From IMG/VR virus record IMGVR_UViG_3300025654_000018, positions 1 through 42,273 of that record: a stretch of DNA of 42,273 nucleotides; one strand, written 5' to 3'. Below the pieces are notes generated by a model, which worked only from the letters and a program-made list of their open reading frames with translations, was not told the origin of the DNA and did no database searches. Source of the stretch: a virus. Its lineage: Duplodnaviria > Caudoviricetes. Shown piece by piece: positions 25,142-35,700 of the stretch (positions are counted from its first letter, which is position 1; every line of letters starts with the position of its first letter). The position numbers were made by a program, and so were the translations under genes.

Positions 25142-25756
25142 TTAATCCTCATATAAGTGAGTAGGGCGGATAACTTGGTTGACACCTGACTGCTCAGAGC
25201 TGTTTGCGTGTTCTTGTATCTCAGCTAGAAAAGACCCAGACTTCTGGTCAAAGATAGCACCACGTTCATCTAAGAAGTAATCAGATGCATAAGACAACGC
25301 TGTGTACGTTAGTAGATCAGATGCAATGTTAGTTAGCATGTTTGTATCGCTGTCTGATGTTAGTGGGTCTTGCTCTGAATAGTAGTTTAGGAAGAGGTTC
25401 CCAGTGCTAGGTATTGGGTATATCTTTATGTTCCCTTGCTCTCGGCAGAAGAACCTTGGTGAACCTAATTCACCTGTCTTTTGATACTGTACCATCTCAT
25501 GTAGAGGGATGCGGACTAATGCGTTACCATCGTAATACAACTCGATTATCTCAAGTAGATCAGCTGGCATTGTTACTTTTGAAGTCCCTGCATCTGATGC
25601 TACATTGTAATCGTTTTGTTTTTCCATTGCTGGGACACGTAGTTGTCTCTGTATTCTAGTGATTGCTTGATCAATGAAGGTGTCAGCCAAAGCATTCGAA
25701 CAGTCACTACGATTTAGAAGAGCAATAAAGTGTGCTCGGATTTCACCTTTGTTCAT
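25142..25756 (-). CDS. Head-tail adaptor-like virion protein
   Basis: FIDQAITRIQRQLRV; PADLLE; G.PRFF; located downstream of capsid. Confidence 0.65.
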   Translation of the reverse strand: MNKGEIRAHFIALLNRSDCSNALADTFIDQAITRIQRQLRVPAMEKQNDYNVASDAGTSKVTMPADLLEIIELYYDGNALVRIPLHEMVQYQKTGELGSPRFFCREQGNIKIYPIPSTGNLFLNYYSEQDPLTSDSDTNMLTNIASDLLTYTALSYASDYFLDERGAIFDQKSGSFLAEIQEHANSSEQSGVNQVIRPTHLYED

Positions 25757-25757
25757 T

Positions 25758-26063
25758 TTAAATCCTCTTATTGGTTGTAAGGAACATGTCTAAGTCCTCG
25801 TTCTTTAGTTTACGGACAATCTCTGAACCTTTGGCTTCCCAGATATTGAATCCTTCTCGCATCCACTTCTCGACAACGGCTGTCGGTATGGAGGCTACTC
25901 TCATCATCTCACCTGTAGGCTTCGAACTATTGTTTCGAGCGTCTTTCAGATCATCTAAGAATGACTGTGAGATGTGCTGTGTATGCTTTTGTAATAATTG
26001 ACCATGCTCTTGCATAAAGTCAGTTTCATTTTGTAATAATGTTGGCTGTGTTTTGTTAGTCAT
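25758..26063 (-). CDS. Hypothetical protein (start re-called to ATG 26063)
   Basis: AAGGG RBS precedes MTNKTQP; track start lies inside a terminator. Confidence 0.7.
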   Translation of the reverse strand: MTNKTQPTLLQNETDFMQEHGQLLQKHTQHISQSFLDDLKDARNNSSKPTGEMMRVASIPTAVVEKWMREGFNIWEAKGSEIVRKLKNEDLDMFLTTNKRI

Positions 26064-26082
26064 TTTGCTACCCTTAAAACGT

Positions 26083-26142
26083 AAAAAGGCCACCCACGGA
26101 CAACAGTAAGGAGAGCAAAACCTGTGTGTCTGTGGGTGGCCT
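26083..26142 (-). terminator. Terminator hairpin downstream of capsid gene
   Basis: 16-bp stem (26087-26102/26127-26142) followed by U5 on the minus strand. Confidence 0.75.
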
Positions 26143-26173
26143 AGTAAAGACCTATTAGTGGTCTATTAGAAAC

Positions 26174-27058
26174 TTATGATAAGCCTGTGATCTTCACAGA
26201 GTCAGCAAAGTTGGTATGTTTGCAAGAAACCTCGCCCACGATATGATGTCGATCTGAGTCGCCATTTTTCGCTAGAAGTGTTCTTGTGAATGGACGCAAC
26301 GTACATGTTTTGAACATTGTTGGGTCTATTAGTAGTGCGTGAGTTGTCTTTAACTCGCGGTTCAATACTACTCTGTATTCGCCGTAAGGGCTCACATATA
26401 GATCAATCGCATTGACCAATGTTTTGCCTTGTGAGATTTCACGATTACGACCAGATGCCGCTGAGAAACCAGCTACGATTTGTGCGTCTGCTGGCTTGAT
26501 CATGAATGTGTCAACATCAGAACCATTGTCGTATGCTGTTTGACCAGCTAACAATAGTTTTGCTTCTGTTAAGGCATCTGTTGCGTTTGAACCAGCGTCT
26601 ACAGCTGTAGACATTTGGTTAATGATAGAAGTCATCTTACGTGCTGTTGAAGCATTACCAGCAACTGCGGCTTGCTCAACGCCAACCATTGCACGTTCGT
26701 AGTCTTTTTTGATTTCTTTAAGTTTCTTAGCTAACTGATAAGCAGTTTCCTTTGCTCGACCATAAGTTGCCACGGCATCTGCTGTTGCACTTACTTGGAA
26801 GGCTTTAGAAAGTATCTGAGTATTCTGTGTTCTCTCAGTTGCATCTGTCAAAGTTAGCATACTTGCGTCTGCTCCTTCAACTGCCGCATTGACTGCTGAA
26901 TCTGCTAATGAATCCTCAAGGAATGAGAAAGTTCTAGCTGATACTTTTTCGTCTTTGAACATTGCTAAACATGGAGTGCTAAACGGACTAATGTTAGCGA
27001 TGATGTCTGAAACATCTTCTTTCTGACCCACTTGGGTATAGGTTGTATATGTTGCCAT
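26174..27058 (-). CDS. Major capsid protein (DUF5309/SU10-type)
   Basis: GQKEDVSDII; NTQILSKAFQVSAT; KEIKKDYE; follows scaffold. Confidence 0.88.
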   Translation of the reverse strand: MATYTTYTQVGQKEDVSDIIANISPFSTPCLAMFKDEKVSARTFSFLEDSLADSAVNAAVEGADASMLTLTDATERTQNTQILSKAFQVSATADAVATYGRAKETAYQLAKKLKEIKKDYERAMVGVEQAAVAGNASTARKMTSIINQMSTAVDAGSNATDALTEAKLLLAGQTAYDNGSDVDTFMIKPADAQIVAGFSAASGRNREISQGKTLVNAIDLYVSPYGEYRVVLNRELKTTHALLIDPTMFKTCTLRPFTRTLLAKNGDSDRHHIVGEVSCKHTNFADSVKITGLS

Positions 27059-27103
27059 AATGTAATTTCCTTATTACAATTTTAGGATTAAGTTTAAGAA
27101 GAT

Positions 27104-28156
27104 TTACTCTTCCCAGCGGCTCATTAATGCCTCTGCAATATCATCAAGGTCTTTAGCACCACTGAGCATATCCATTTGCTTCTGTTGATTAGCTTTCTGG
27201 ATAGACTTTTTAGATGGTGGTGCTTTCTTGGAACTTAAAACCTTAGTCTTACCGCTTTTTGATTTCGTAAGTTTGGCCTTGGCTTTTTTGCTTTTGGCGG
27301 ACTGTTTTGATTGATCATAGAGTCGTGCTTTGTTTATCAGCATGATGACTTGTGGGTCAGTGTACTGATCTACTTGGTCTTTGGGTAATCCTGATGCAAC
27401 AGCGTACTCACGTATATTAGTATACAGTTCGTTACCCCAGTCAGGCAGTTGCTCCTGTAGAACCTTTACGCAATCTGCGGCGGCCTCTTTAGTTGCTTGC
27501 TGATGGTTTTGCTGTGCTTGGGATACAAGCTGACCACTTTCTTCCTGTAGGAATTTTAGGTCGTCTTCTGCTTGCTTCGCATCTTGGCGTAGTTGAGAGA
27601 ATGTTTCTGCATCCATCTCGCGTGACGCTACTAACATGTCTATGTCAGCATAAGGTTTATACCTAGCTTCTGCGCGTTCCATTAACTTTTGATATGACAT
27701 ATGCGTTTGTGCCAGTTGTTCTTCTGACTGTTTGCGCTGGTTAGCCAAATCTTGAGACTTTTTGGTTAGAGATGCTTCTTGACCATAGAGCCGTTTCAAA
27801 TCCTTTACAGATACCTTCTTAGACTCACCATTGACTGAGATGTCTACAACCTGATCGTCTGAAGCGGCTAGAGGTTCGTCGTCATCCTCTTCTGCGTCTT
27901 CATCTTCATCAGTTTCGTCATCGTCGTCTAGTTCATCTGTTTCGGGGTCATCAAGGTTATCTTCGCCTTCATCGTCCTCTTCATCGTCTAGTTCATCTTC
28001 AGTTACCTCTGTCTCTTCTAGGTCTTCGGATGTTGCATCTTCATCGACTTCAGATAAGGTTTCCCCGTCATCCCATCGTCCTAAGATTGCTTCTGCCGCA
28101 TCATCAATATCTAATGCTTTTGGCTCAGAGTTTACATTTTGCTCGTTGTCATTCAT
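27104..28156 (-). CDS. Capsid scaffolding protein
   Basis: Very acidic N-terminus, VNGE..VSVKDL..Y..TKKSQ, coiled coil; lies between portal and capsid. Confidence 0.85.
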   Translation of the reverse strand: MNDNEQNVNSEPKALDIDDAAEAILGRWDDGETLSEVDEDATSEDLEETEVTEDELDDEEDDEGEDNLDDPETDELDDDDETDEDEDAEEDDDEPLAASDDQVVDISVNGESKKVSVKDLKRLYGQEASLTKKSQDLANQRKQSEEQLAQTHMSYQKLMERAEARYKPYADIDMLVASREMDAETFSQLRQDAKQAEDDLKFLQEESGQLVSQAQQNHQQATKEAAADCVKVLQEQLPDWGNELYTNIREYAVASGLPKDQVDQYTDPQVIMLINKARLYDQSKQSAKSKKAKAKLTKSKSGKTKVLSSKKAPPSKKSIQKANQQKQMDMLSGAKDLDDIAEALMSRWEE

Positions 28157-28431
28157 GGAGCAGTCTCCTCTTGGCTGTTGTCGCCGTTCTGCTGTTCTAC
28201 AATGCTGTCACGCACTTGAACTCGCTGTTTTAAAGTATCAACCACGTCAACTAATGCTCGATAGTGGTTGTAGGCATGTTCTCTTTTGTCCTTGTCGGAA
28301 GGCTCAGTGTTTACAAATGTTTGGAAGGTTCTTTCGACAAGTTCATTGATAACTGAGTTGAAGGCGGAACCATTAAGTATGGCTCCAGCTTCATCACCAG
28401 CCATCACAAGTTGCTCTTCTTGTGTAGACAT
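28153..28431 (-). CDS. Hypothetical head-associated protein
   Basis: 92 aa between portal and scaffold. Confidence 0.75.
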   Translation of the reverse strand: MSTQEEQLVMAGDEAGAILNGSAFNSVINELVERTFQTFVNTEPSDKDKREHAYNHYRALVDVVDTLKQRVQVRDSIVEQQNGDNSQEETAP

Positions 28432-28459
28432 GTAGTTCTCTCTTTTTGGTTAAGGTTGC

Positions 28460-30493
28460 TTATCCGTTAGGACTTGCGATTGCTCTGACATCATCAGCAG
28501 TTCTTGCGATCTCTAGTTCCTCTAAGTTCACGAACTCTTTGTGTTCAAACTCAGTCTCGTTGAGGTCTTGCTTGTCAGATTGTAGGGCAAATGCTTGTTG
28601 AGCCTTCATAGTGTCTAGCTCAAGTTTCATTTGACGCATTTGTGCATCAACTTGCACCTTCATCTCAGCGACAGCAGTTTGTCGTTCTTGAAGTTGCATT
28701 TGTTGCTGTGCCATCTGCATCTGCATCTCTGCATTTGGATCAGGTGGCGGTGGAGGTATCGACGCTGGGTCTGTTAGGAAGTCAGCAACATTCTTGATAC
28801 CTGATTTATCTAATATTGATGCTAACATCTTGAACTTGTTCTCAGGAGAGTACATTTGTCCAAGAGTAGGATCGGCAGATAATAGTTGGTGGAACGAAAG
28901 GTGCTTTTGCACCAGTTGCTCCTGATCACCATAGCCCAAGTGGAACTCAACTTGTACGTCACGTTTATCAGCCCATTGCGAAGGGTTGACAGGGACATAA
29001 CGTCCAGCTAACTCAACAATCTTCTCCTCAGACTCGTTCTCGACGACTAGTGAATAGACCATAGAGAATAGAGGCTTTAGGAAGTTGTTCGCAAAGTTAC
29101 GCGCGATGATCTTCTGTCGCTGTTGGCTCATTGTTGCCAATTGCTCGACCATTGCCGCTGAGTTTTGTTTGCTTATAGCGTCTTTATTAAGACCTTGAGA
29201 TAGGCGAGAGACACCAGAGGTATCTTCTTTATCCTCATCTAACATCTGAATAGTTTGGAATACAAACGGGTTCAAAGATGCTTGAGGCATAGGGGCAATT
29301 GCGTCAGGGCGTGATATATTCACGATACCACCGACACGATTGTCTATTAGTTCTCTTGGGTTCGTTAGGCCACCTTTAACCACAGTATATCGTGGGTTGT
29401 TAGTAACCATAGCGTGATCAAGAATGGATCGAGTTAAGACTGTACGTGCATTCTGTATGCCTAATAGTTTCTCGGCAAAGTTATTACCGTGGAAAGCATG
29501 TGGGATAGGCAGTGGTACGAATGCTACGAATGGTCGTCTGTTTACTATTTCTTTCTCTAGTAAAACATTAGATGCCTTAACAACCCTGTGTAATTCAGCG
29601 ACACCAGTTGCCTCTACATCTAGCATTATGAATGCTTCGACTATTGTTATCTGGCGTGTCTGTCTTTGGTCGCCTTTGGAGTTGAAGCCTCTGTCAGCAC
29701 CAATATCGTCATGTCGAGATAGTATCTCTGGATCATTGTCAAAGTCAGTATCTTCATTGTCACCTATTTTTGCTACAAGGTCTTCATCGTAGCCCATTTC
29801 AATAAGTTCAGATATAGACTTCTTAGTGCGGTGTGCACAGAAACTAACGTCATCTAATGACTTTGCTTGGGGTTCAATCAAGAACTCTTCTGGTGCAATA
29901 GCTTCTACTTTTACCTGTGATGTGTCACGGGTTACACGTAGCTCACCAGAGAACATACCAAACTCGTCTTCAGTTATCTCTTCGATCTCTACATTTTCTT
30001 CAGCTAGTAGTACGTCCAGTTCTTCCTCTGTAAGCCCTTCAACGTACTCCAGTGTGCTTTCGTCTTGCATACACCAGTAAACTTTAGCGATACCAGCACG
30101 AGCAATAAGACCATCGTGAATAACAGTCTGCATAGTTTCAAACAGGTTGTTTTGACGATGTAGAACATAGTCGGTGTACTCTGTGCAGACTTCAGCTGTT
30201 GGGACATCATCAGCGTTCTGTGGTGAGAACCTAAGTGACTTATTGCCTGTGCTGAATGTTTCTAACAAAGCCGCCTTCATGCTTTCTACAGCATCGTAAA
30301 CGTCCTGACTTACATACTTACTGTTTCCATCATGCGCTGGGCGAGGGAGTTTAGCACTGTAGTAATCCATTACCTTACGGCGTTCTTTTGACAACTCACT
30401 GTCGTAGTATCCAATGGAGCGTCTTAGGTTAGTATCTACTATGGACACGATTTGATCGTCGTCGAGTTTTTTATAATCTTTATTTGATTTCAT
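28460..30493 (-). CDS. Portal protein
   Basis: 677 aa directly after TerL; SKYVSQDVYDAVE; HDGLIARAGIAKVYW; Gln-rich barrel-like C-terminus. Confidence 0.9.
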   Translation of the reverse strand: MKSNKDYKKLDDDQIVSIVDTNLRRSIGYYDSELSKERRKVMDYYSAKLPRPAHDGNSKYVSQDVYDAVESMKAALLETFSTGNKSLRFSPQNADDVPTAEVCTEYTDYVLHRQNNLFETMQTVIHDGLIARAGIAKVYWCMQDESTLEYVEGLTEEELDVLLAEENVEIEEITEDEFGMFSGELRVTRDTSQVKVEAIAPEEFLIEPQAKSLDDVSFCAHRTKKSISELIEMGYDEDLVAKIGDNEDTDFDNDPEILSRHDDIGADRGFNSKGDQRQTRQITIVEAFIMLDVEATGVAELHRVVKASNVLLEKEIVNRRPFVAFVPLPIPHAFHGNNFAEKLLGIQNARTVLTRSILDHAMVTNNPRYTVVKGGLTNPRELIDNRVGGIVNISRPDAIAPMPQASLNPFVFQTIQMLDEDKEDTSGVSRLSQGLNKDAISKQNSAAMVEQLATMSQQRQKIIARNFANNFLKPLFSMVYSLVVENESEEKIVELAGRYVPVNPSQWADKRDVQVEFHLGYGDQEQLVQKHLSFHQLLSADPTLGQMYSPENKFKMLASILDKSGIKNVADFLTDPASIPPPPPDPNAEMQMQMAQQQMQLQERQTAVAEMKVQVDAQMRQMKLELDTMKAQQAFALQSDKQDLNETEFEHKEFVNLEELEIARTADDVRAIASPNG

Positions 30494-30495
30494 GT

Positions 30496-32094
30496 CTAAA
30501 CCATCTCAATGTAATAATCGTCAACTGCGTCTATGGGTTCCCAAGCACCTTCATGGATATGATTGGCTAGGGCTAAACTCATTACACAGTCATCAAAGCA
30601 TCCTGACTCTGCTTCCATGCCGCCGCTTTGTGTGACGATGTATGTTAGCATTTCCCGAATAGTGACTTTATCGTTTAGTTCGATCTTACCCTCTCGAACT
30701 GAGGCTCTGAGTTCATCAATGATCAGAGGTTTTGTCTTGGAAGTTGTAGTGAAACCTAACTTGATGGTTTCCTTATCTGTCAACTTGTCTACCTGTACTT
30801 CTGTGTAGAAATTAGGATAGGCCATGTCTTTTCCAAGCCTAGTACACGTTAGAATACCGTGACTATTGTTCTCTACGATTATGTAGGCAAAGTTAAAGAA
30901 CTCTCCTAGTTTGTAGAGGACATTAGCAAAGTAGTCTGGATGAACTTGGGCACGATAGGTTGCCACCTGTCGTTTCTTGCTGTCGAGAACTTGGGCAACT
31001 GACCAGTCACCACCTCTGACACCCATAGCAACGTCTGCTCCTATAGTGTACTTTTCGCCAGCATCTAGTTTACGAAAGAGTGTTAGTTCTCCACGTACAT
31101 TCTCTAGCCAGTCCTCACCTTCGAGTGCTAGACGACTTGTTACGTCTTTAGCATCGTGTAGGTTTTCTTGTAATGTCTCTGGGTTAAACACAGGACGCCC
31201 AGTGGTTAAGAAGGCCTGTTCTGGCTCCGCTGGATATTCTTGGTGGAATAGGTCGATGCCGTTCTGTGAAATCTTGCGTCTGCGGAACATTAGCTGTTCA
31301 TTGTCTAACTCATATTTCTTAGATAAGTCCTCTTCCTCTGGAGTTATCTCAAAGTTCTCTGGTACAGCCTCACGATACTCTGGGTCTACATACCAAGGTA
31401 TAAACACAGGGACATAGCCGTTAGAGCCATTCACTGCACCTTTCCATAGGTCATAGAATATACCAGAGACACCATTAGCTGTACTCTCTACGAATACGGC
31501 TGTGCCTTTCTTGTTAGGTACGGCTTGCGTCATACCATTCCAGTTCTCTAGGGCTGTGGACTTCTGCCAGAAGGCAAGTTCTGAGGCGTGTATGTGCGTA
31601 AGTGTTTCACCACGTCCAATACTCTCACCACCAGCTGTAGCAACCACATAAGAACTATCAAGAACGTCAAAGGTCAACTCTCTGCGAGATGAATACTTTG
31701 TGTGCGGCTTGAGTAGTTCTGGGCAGTTCTCATGGTAGCGTTTAGTCATGTCAAACAGTGCTCTTGTACTGTCAGAGTGGTGTGTAACCACCATTGCCTT
31801 ACATGCTTTGCGCTGGGAAACATTAAAGTAAAGATAGCCGCCTACATACGTCGATAGACCCTGCTGTCTAGCCTTCAGAATTATGATGCGAACCTTGCCC
31901 TCAGTAGCCATCTGTTTATCTACAGCTTCTTGTAGGATAACTTGAGCTGGCTTTAGTTTGAGGGGCTTGATGTCTCCATCTTTGGTTCTGATCTTGAGTG
32001 CTGACTTAGAGTAGAAGTCAAATTCGTCATATAGTTTGCGGCGTACTTGTTTAAGTTTCGTTTCCATCGTCGGTTTGCTCTTCCTCTGTGTCAC
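30496..32094 (-). CDS. terL: Terminase large subunit
   Basis: LKARQQGLST, HASELAFW, ESTANG, IGADVA, VENN, FDDCVMSLALA. Confidence 0.95.
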   Translation of the reverse strand: MTQRKSKPTMETKLKQVRRKLYDEFDFYSKSALKIRTKDGDIKPLKLKPAQVILQEAVDKQMATEGKVRIIILKARQQGLSTYVGGYLYFNVSQRKACKAMVVTHHSDSTRALFDMTKRYHENCPELLKPHTKYSSRRELTFDVLDSSYVVATAGGESIGRGETLTHIHASELAFWQKSTALENWNGMTQAVPNKKGTAVFVESTANGVSGIFYDLWKGAVNGSNGYVPVFIPWYVDPEYREAVPENFEITPEEEDLSKKYELDNEQLMFRRRKISQNGIDLFHQEYPAEPEQAFLTTGRPVFNPETLQENLHDAKDVTSRLALEGEDWLENVRGELTLFRKLDAGEKYTIGADVAMGVRGGDWSVAQVLDSKKRQVATYRAQVHPDYFANVLYKLGEFFNFAYIIVENNSHGILTCTRLGKDMAYPNFYTEVQVDKLTDKETIKLGFTTTSKTKPLIIDELRASVREGKIELNDKVTIREMLTYIVTQSGGMEAESGCFDDCVMSLALANHIHEGAWEPIDAVDDYYIEMV

Positions 32095-32554
32095 TTACTA
32101 AAAGCGACTCCAAGAAGGCTTCTGCTTTACCAACAGTGACTTCGCTCTTTGATACTGGTTTTGTCTTAGTAAAGTCTAAGACCATTCTTGCGGCTGTTAG
32201 TTTGTCTCGGTTCTGCGCTGGTTCACGCATGATCTCGACTGCGGTTTTAAGTGCTTCAACAGCGTACTCGTCATCAATATTGTTTTCTTTAGCCATGATA
32301 GCTACAATCCTTTCAGCGTCTTTCTGTGCCTGTTTTCGGATAGGAGTAATGGCTTCTAGTGTGTAGCCATCTGGAGTGCCTACTGGCCTTCCTCCATTCT
32401 TACGTTTTTTGGTTGACCACTGCTTGCGTAGTGCCCTTCCTTCCTCGGTTTGCATTAACTTTGTGAAGTAGTTGTTCTCTTTTGGAGTTGCCTTCTTTGG
32501 ATACTTCAGTTCCTTCTTTGGCGACTTCTTTCTTGGTTCCTTGGGTGCTCCCAT
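32051..32554 (-). CDS. terS: Putative terminase small subunit
   Basis: Basic N-terminus with GGRPVGT; helical core; immediately upstream of TerL. Confidence 0.7.
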   Translation of the reverse strand: MGAPKEPRKKSPKKELKYPKKATPKENNYFTKLMQTEEGRALRKQWSTKKRKNGGRPVGTPDGYTLEAITPIRKQAQKDAERIVAIMAKENNIDDEYAVEALKTAVEIMREPAQNRDKLTAARMVLDFTKTKPVSKSEVTVGKAEAFLESLLVSDTEEEQTDDGNET

Positions 32555-32744
32555 TGTGCTCTCCTAGTATGCTTGAGATTATAGAGTGTGTATTTGGACA
32601 CTGCTTGCAAAACACTATGTCGATAAAGGAATACTTCATCTCCTTTAGTATCTGTGACTTTTGATCTTTGGTTAAAGACGATGCTTTTATAGTCTCTATA
32701 GCTTCTAGGTACGGCACTAGGTCATACGCTGTTTTTACTATCAT
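32400..32744 (-). CDS. Hypothetical protein overlapping terS
   Basis: AAGGAG RBS; 114 aa; CKQC; 155-nt overlap with terS. Confidence 0.6.
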   Translation of the reverse strand: MIVKTAYDLVPYLEAIETIKASSLTKDQKSQILKEMKYSFIDIVFCKQCPNTHSIISSILGEHNGSTQGTKKEVAKEGTEVSKEGNSKREQLLHKVNANRGRKGTTQAVVNQKT

Positions 32745-32759
32745 ATTGGCTCCTTGAAA

Positions 32760-32783
32760 TAATAAAGCCCCATTACTGGGGCT
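32760..32783 (-). terminator. Intrinsic terminator
   Basis: Minus strand AGCCCCA-GTAA-TGGGGCT-TTATT after the 1141-aa gene. Confidence 0.6.
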
Positions 32784-32791
32784 GTATGTTG

Positions 32792-35700
32792 TTATGCTGA
32801 TAAGATACCTTCTTGTGGACTGAGTATTCCTTCAGTTGGCTCTTCGTCCTCGCCACTTTCCTTTGCAACCATAGCTGAAACTATAGCTAATATTGTTGCG
32901 AAAGAACTTGAGTAGAACCTAATTTGCTTGTTGCCAGCTTTTTTAAATTCATCCCTGATGACTTTAGTTGTCTCAGGCATTAATTCTTTGGCAAGTTTTG
33001 GATTGAACATATAGACCCACACTGGATCAACAGCGGCCTCTGCAAAGTTCATGGCATATTTCTGGTATTTTGGAAGACCTTCTGAAACAACATCAGCCGC
33101 CTCTCCTTTAGTCATAGTAGGATTATTAGACATTAGTTCTTCAATACGAGTTGAAAATGACCTTATAGCCACTGTAGATTTTGGGTTGTTTTCAGCATAA
33201 GCCTTTATATTCCACTGTAGGTTGTTGATCTCGTCAAATATAGGGCTGTTGTCTTTTAACTGGTGGTATTCCATCAAGACTGGCGCAATGATACTGCCTG
33301 TAAAAGTCCCATCTCCATATTTGTTCATCTGCCCAGTAAAAGCATTTTTACCTAATTTTGAATATGGTTTAGATATACCTTTTCCAGTAAGATTGCCCTG
33401 AGTAACTCCATGCGCCACCTCATGTAAAAGAGATTTTATGGCTTCAATTTCTGTAACTCTTTTTAGCTTTTTAGTTTCTTTATTTAAACCCTTTGAGGCA
33501 TTTGGAACCATAGTAAATATTGTACCGCCAGCACCACCTTTGTTATTATAGTCACTAAAGAAAGCCTGTGTAGTTGGCTTGATTGTACCATAACGAAACT
33601 TAGCATCCTCTCGCATCCTACTTATACTTTTAAAAAGGTTGACTTGTAGGCCTAGCTTCTTAGCCGCGTCTAGTGCTGAAGCCCAGTCTTGGATACCATT
33701 TTCATACTTTGTACCTTTCTTGCCAATTTCAATTAAGGCTTCGGCTTCTGGTAATTCTGCTTTTACTTCAGCTGGTGAGGGTGGTTTAGTTACTACTGGT
33801 TCTGGTGTTCCAAGTACCCCTTGTCCTCCGCCATCTCCCACGTTGGGTTCTTGCTGAGTTCCTCCGCCAGTCTCTTTTGGATTTGGGGGGTTAGTGGGTG
33901 TTGGTTCCAAGACAGGAGGTGTCGGTGATACCGATGTAGGTGGTGATCCTGTTGTTCCTGTATCGCCATTTGGTTTATCAACTCCTGTGTTTATAGCCGC
34001 TTGTTGTGAAACGACACGGGTATGATACGGCATTAGGTACTTATCTGCAAGTTTTTCGTTAGAAAGGTTCTTTCTTGCACGATCAACAAGTGACTGTGAT
34101 GCTGTCTTAGGGTCTTTTCCAAGACTTAGCTGATATTCACTTAATGAGTTGTTAAGAACTAGCCTATCACTGTCAGAAACAGCTTTATCTTTATCTAGCT
34201 TATCAATCAGGTTCTGCACAAACTGTCTATTGTCATCAATCCCTTGTTGAACCTCTGGACTACGCTGTGGTGGTGCAGGGGGTGTAGGTGAAGCTGGTGA
34301 CGTAGGTGCGGCTGGATCAATTTTTGGAAACTTAAAGCCACCTTTAATTACACCGACAGTATAAGACAATGTTTGGTCGCTGTCTGGCATCTTGCCAGTC
34401 TTTAGGTGTGATTTGTAAGCATTTAGTGCCCTGCGAACATCAGCATCTGCACCTTTTGCAAGACGTCTATTAATGACACGCATGATTTCAGCATCTATCT
34501 GTGCTGGTGTCATGTCTCCAAGATTACCAACCTCACGTAAGCCTTCAAATGCTATCCCTCTAGGGGACGTTGGATTAGGGTGTAAGCCCTCTTCATACAT
34601 TTTGACAAACAAGGCTTGCTTTCCTGCATCTGCTTTAGCTTTTGCGGTAGCTATCTTAGCGTTGTTTGCCGCTGTCTGGGCATTTTTTAGACGCTTTGTC
34701 CTGCCTTCAACAGTAATTCCAACAGGTGTAGACATACCAGTAGACTTTTTGTTCTTTTTAACAAAGCGGTTCACTTTAGACCTACGGCCTGTGACTGCAT
34801 CAATTGCACGTCCACCAGCAACTAAAGGTACTTGTGTTAATAAAGATGAACCACCTGTTCCAGCAATAGCACCTAAGTTTAACATAGTGCCTATTGATCT
34901 TGCAGGATCGTATGATTTACCAATTTGTGGTATTGGGTTGAAGTTGTCAGTAAACTTTGAAAAGCCACCTTTAAGACCAGCGGCATATAGTTCTGTAACA
35001 ACATTTGATTTATAAAGTGACTGAACAAGCTGTTGGCCTTCTAATGCCTTGCCTACAGTGTCTTTTATAAATTTAATGTCTTCATTAGAAACTACAGTAC
35101 CTACTTTGGTATTGGCGTTTTTAATTGCTTGGTTAAATCTTTCTAAGGTTGCAGTATCTGCACCTTTAAGAACTTCTTTTCGAAGGATTTTTGCGGCAGT
35201 GTTTATATCAGTAGTATTCTTTGATCTAGCTGTGTCTAAGGCAGTGTTTGCACCCTTTTTTGATGTGGGATCAATGTTTTTTAGGTTAAGACCCTCATCA
35301 CTAGCAATTTCATTTAGCATCCTAGCAACATCGCCAGCCGCTTGGTCAACTTCTGGATCAAGTTCTTGGCGTGGTTTGAAGACAACTTCACCAGTCTTAC
35401 TAACTGTAGATATAGCTGTGTTTACACCGCCAGCAGATGCTCCACCAATGATGCCTTCACCAACTGCTTGTCTTGGGTCAATATTAAGACCAGCTTCAGT
35501 GTTTACTGATGTACCTGTCTGCTCAACGACACTCTGTAAAGACTCTGTGCCAAACTCTTTGAGGGCTGTTGCAAAAACCTTACCACTACCTAGTCCCAAA
35601 GAGTCCAGAAGTGCTATTCCAGCGGTTGTAGTCGAAGCATACAAGAAGTCATCTTTGTTAGGCTTTTCTCTACCTTGGTTTCTTGCGCGTTCTTCTGCAA

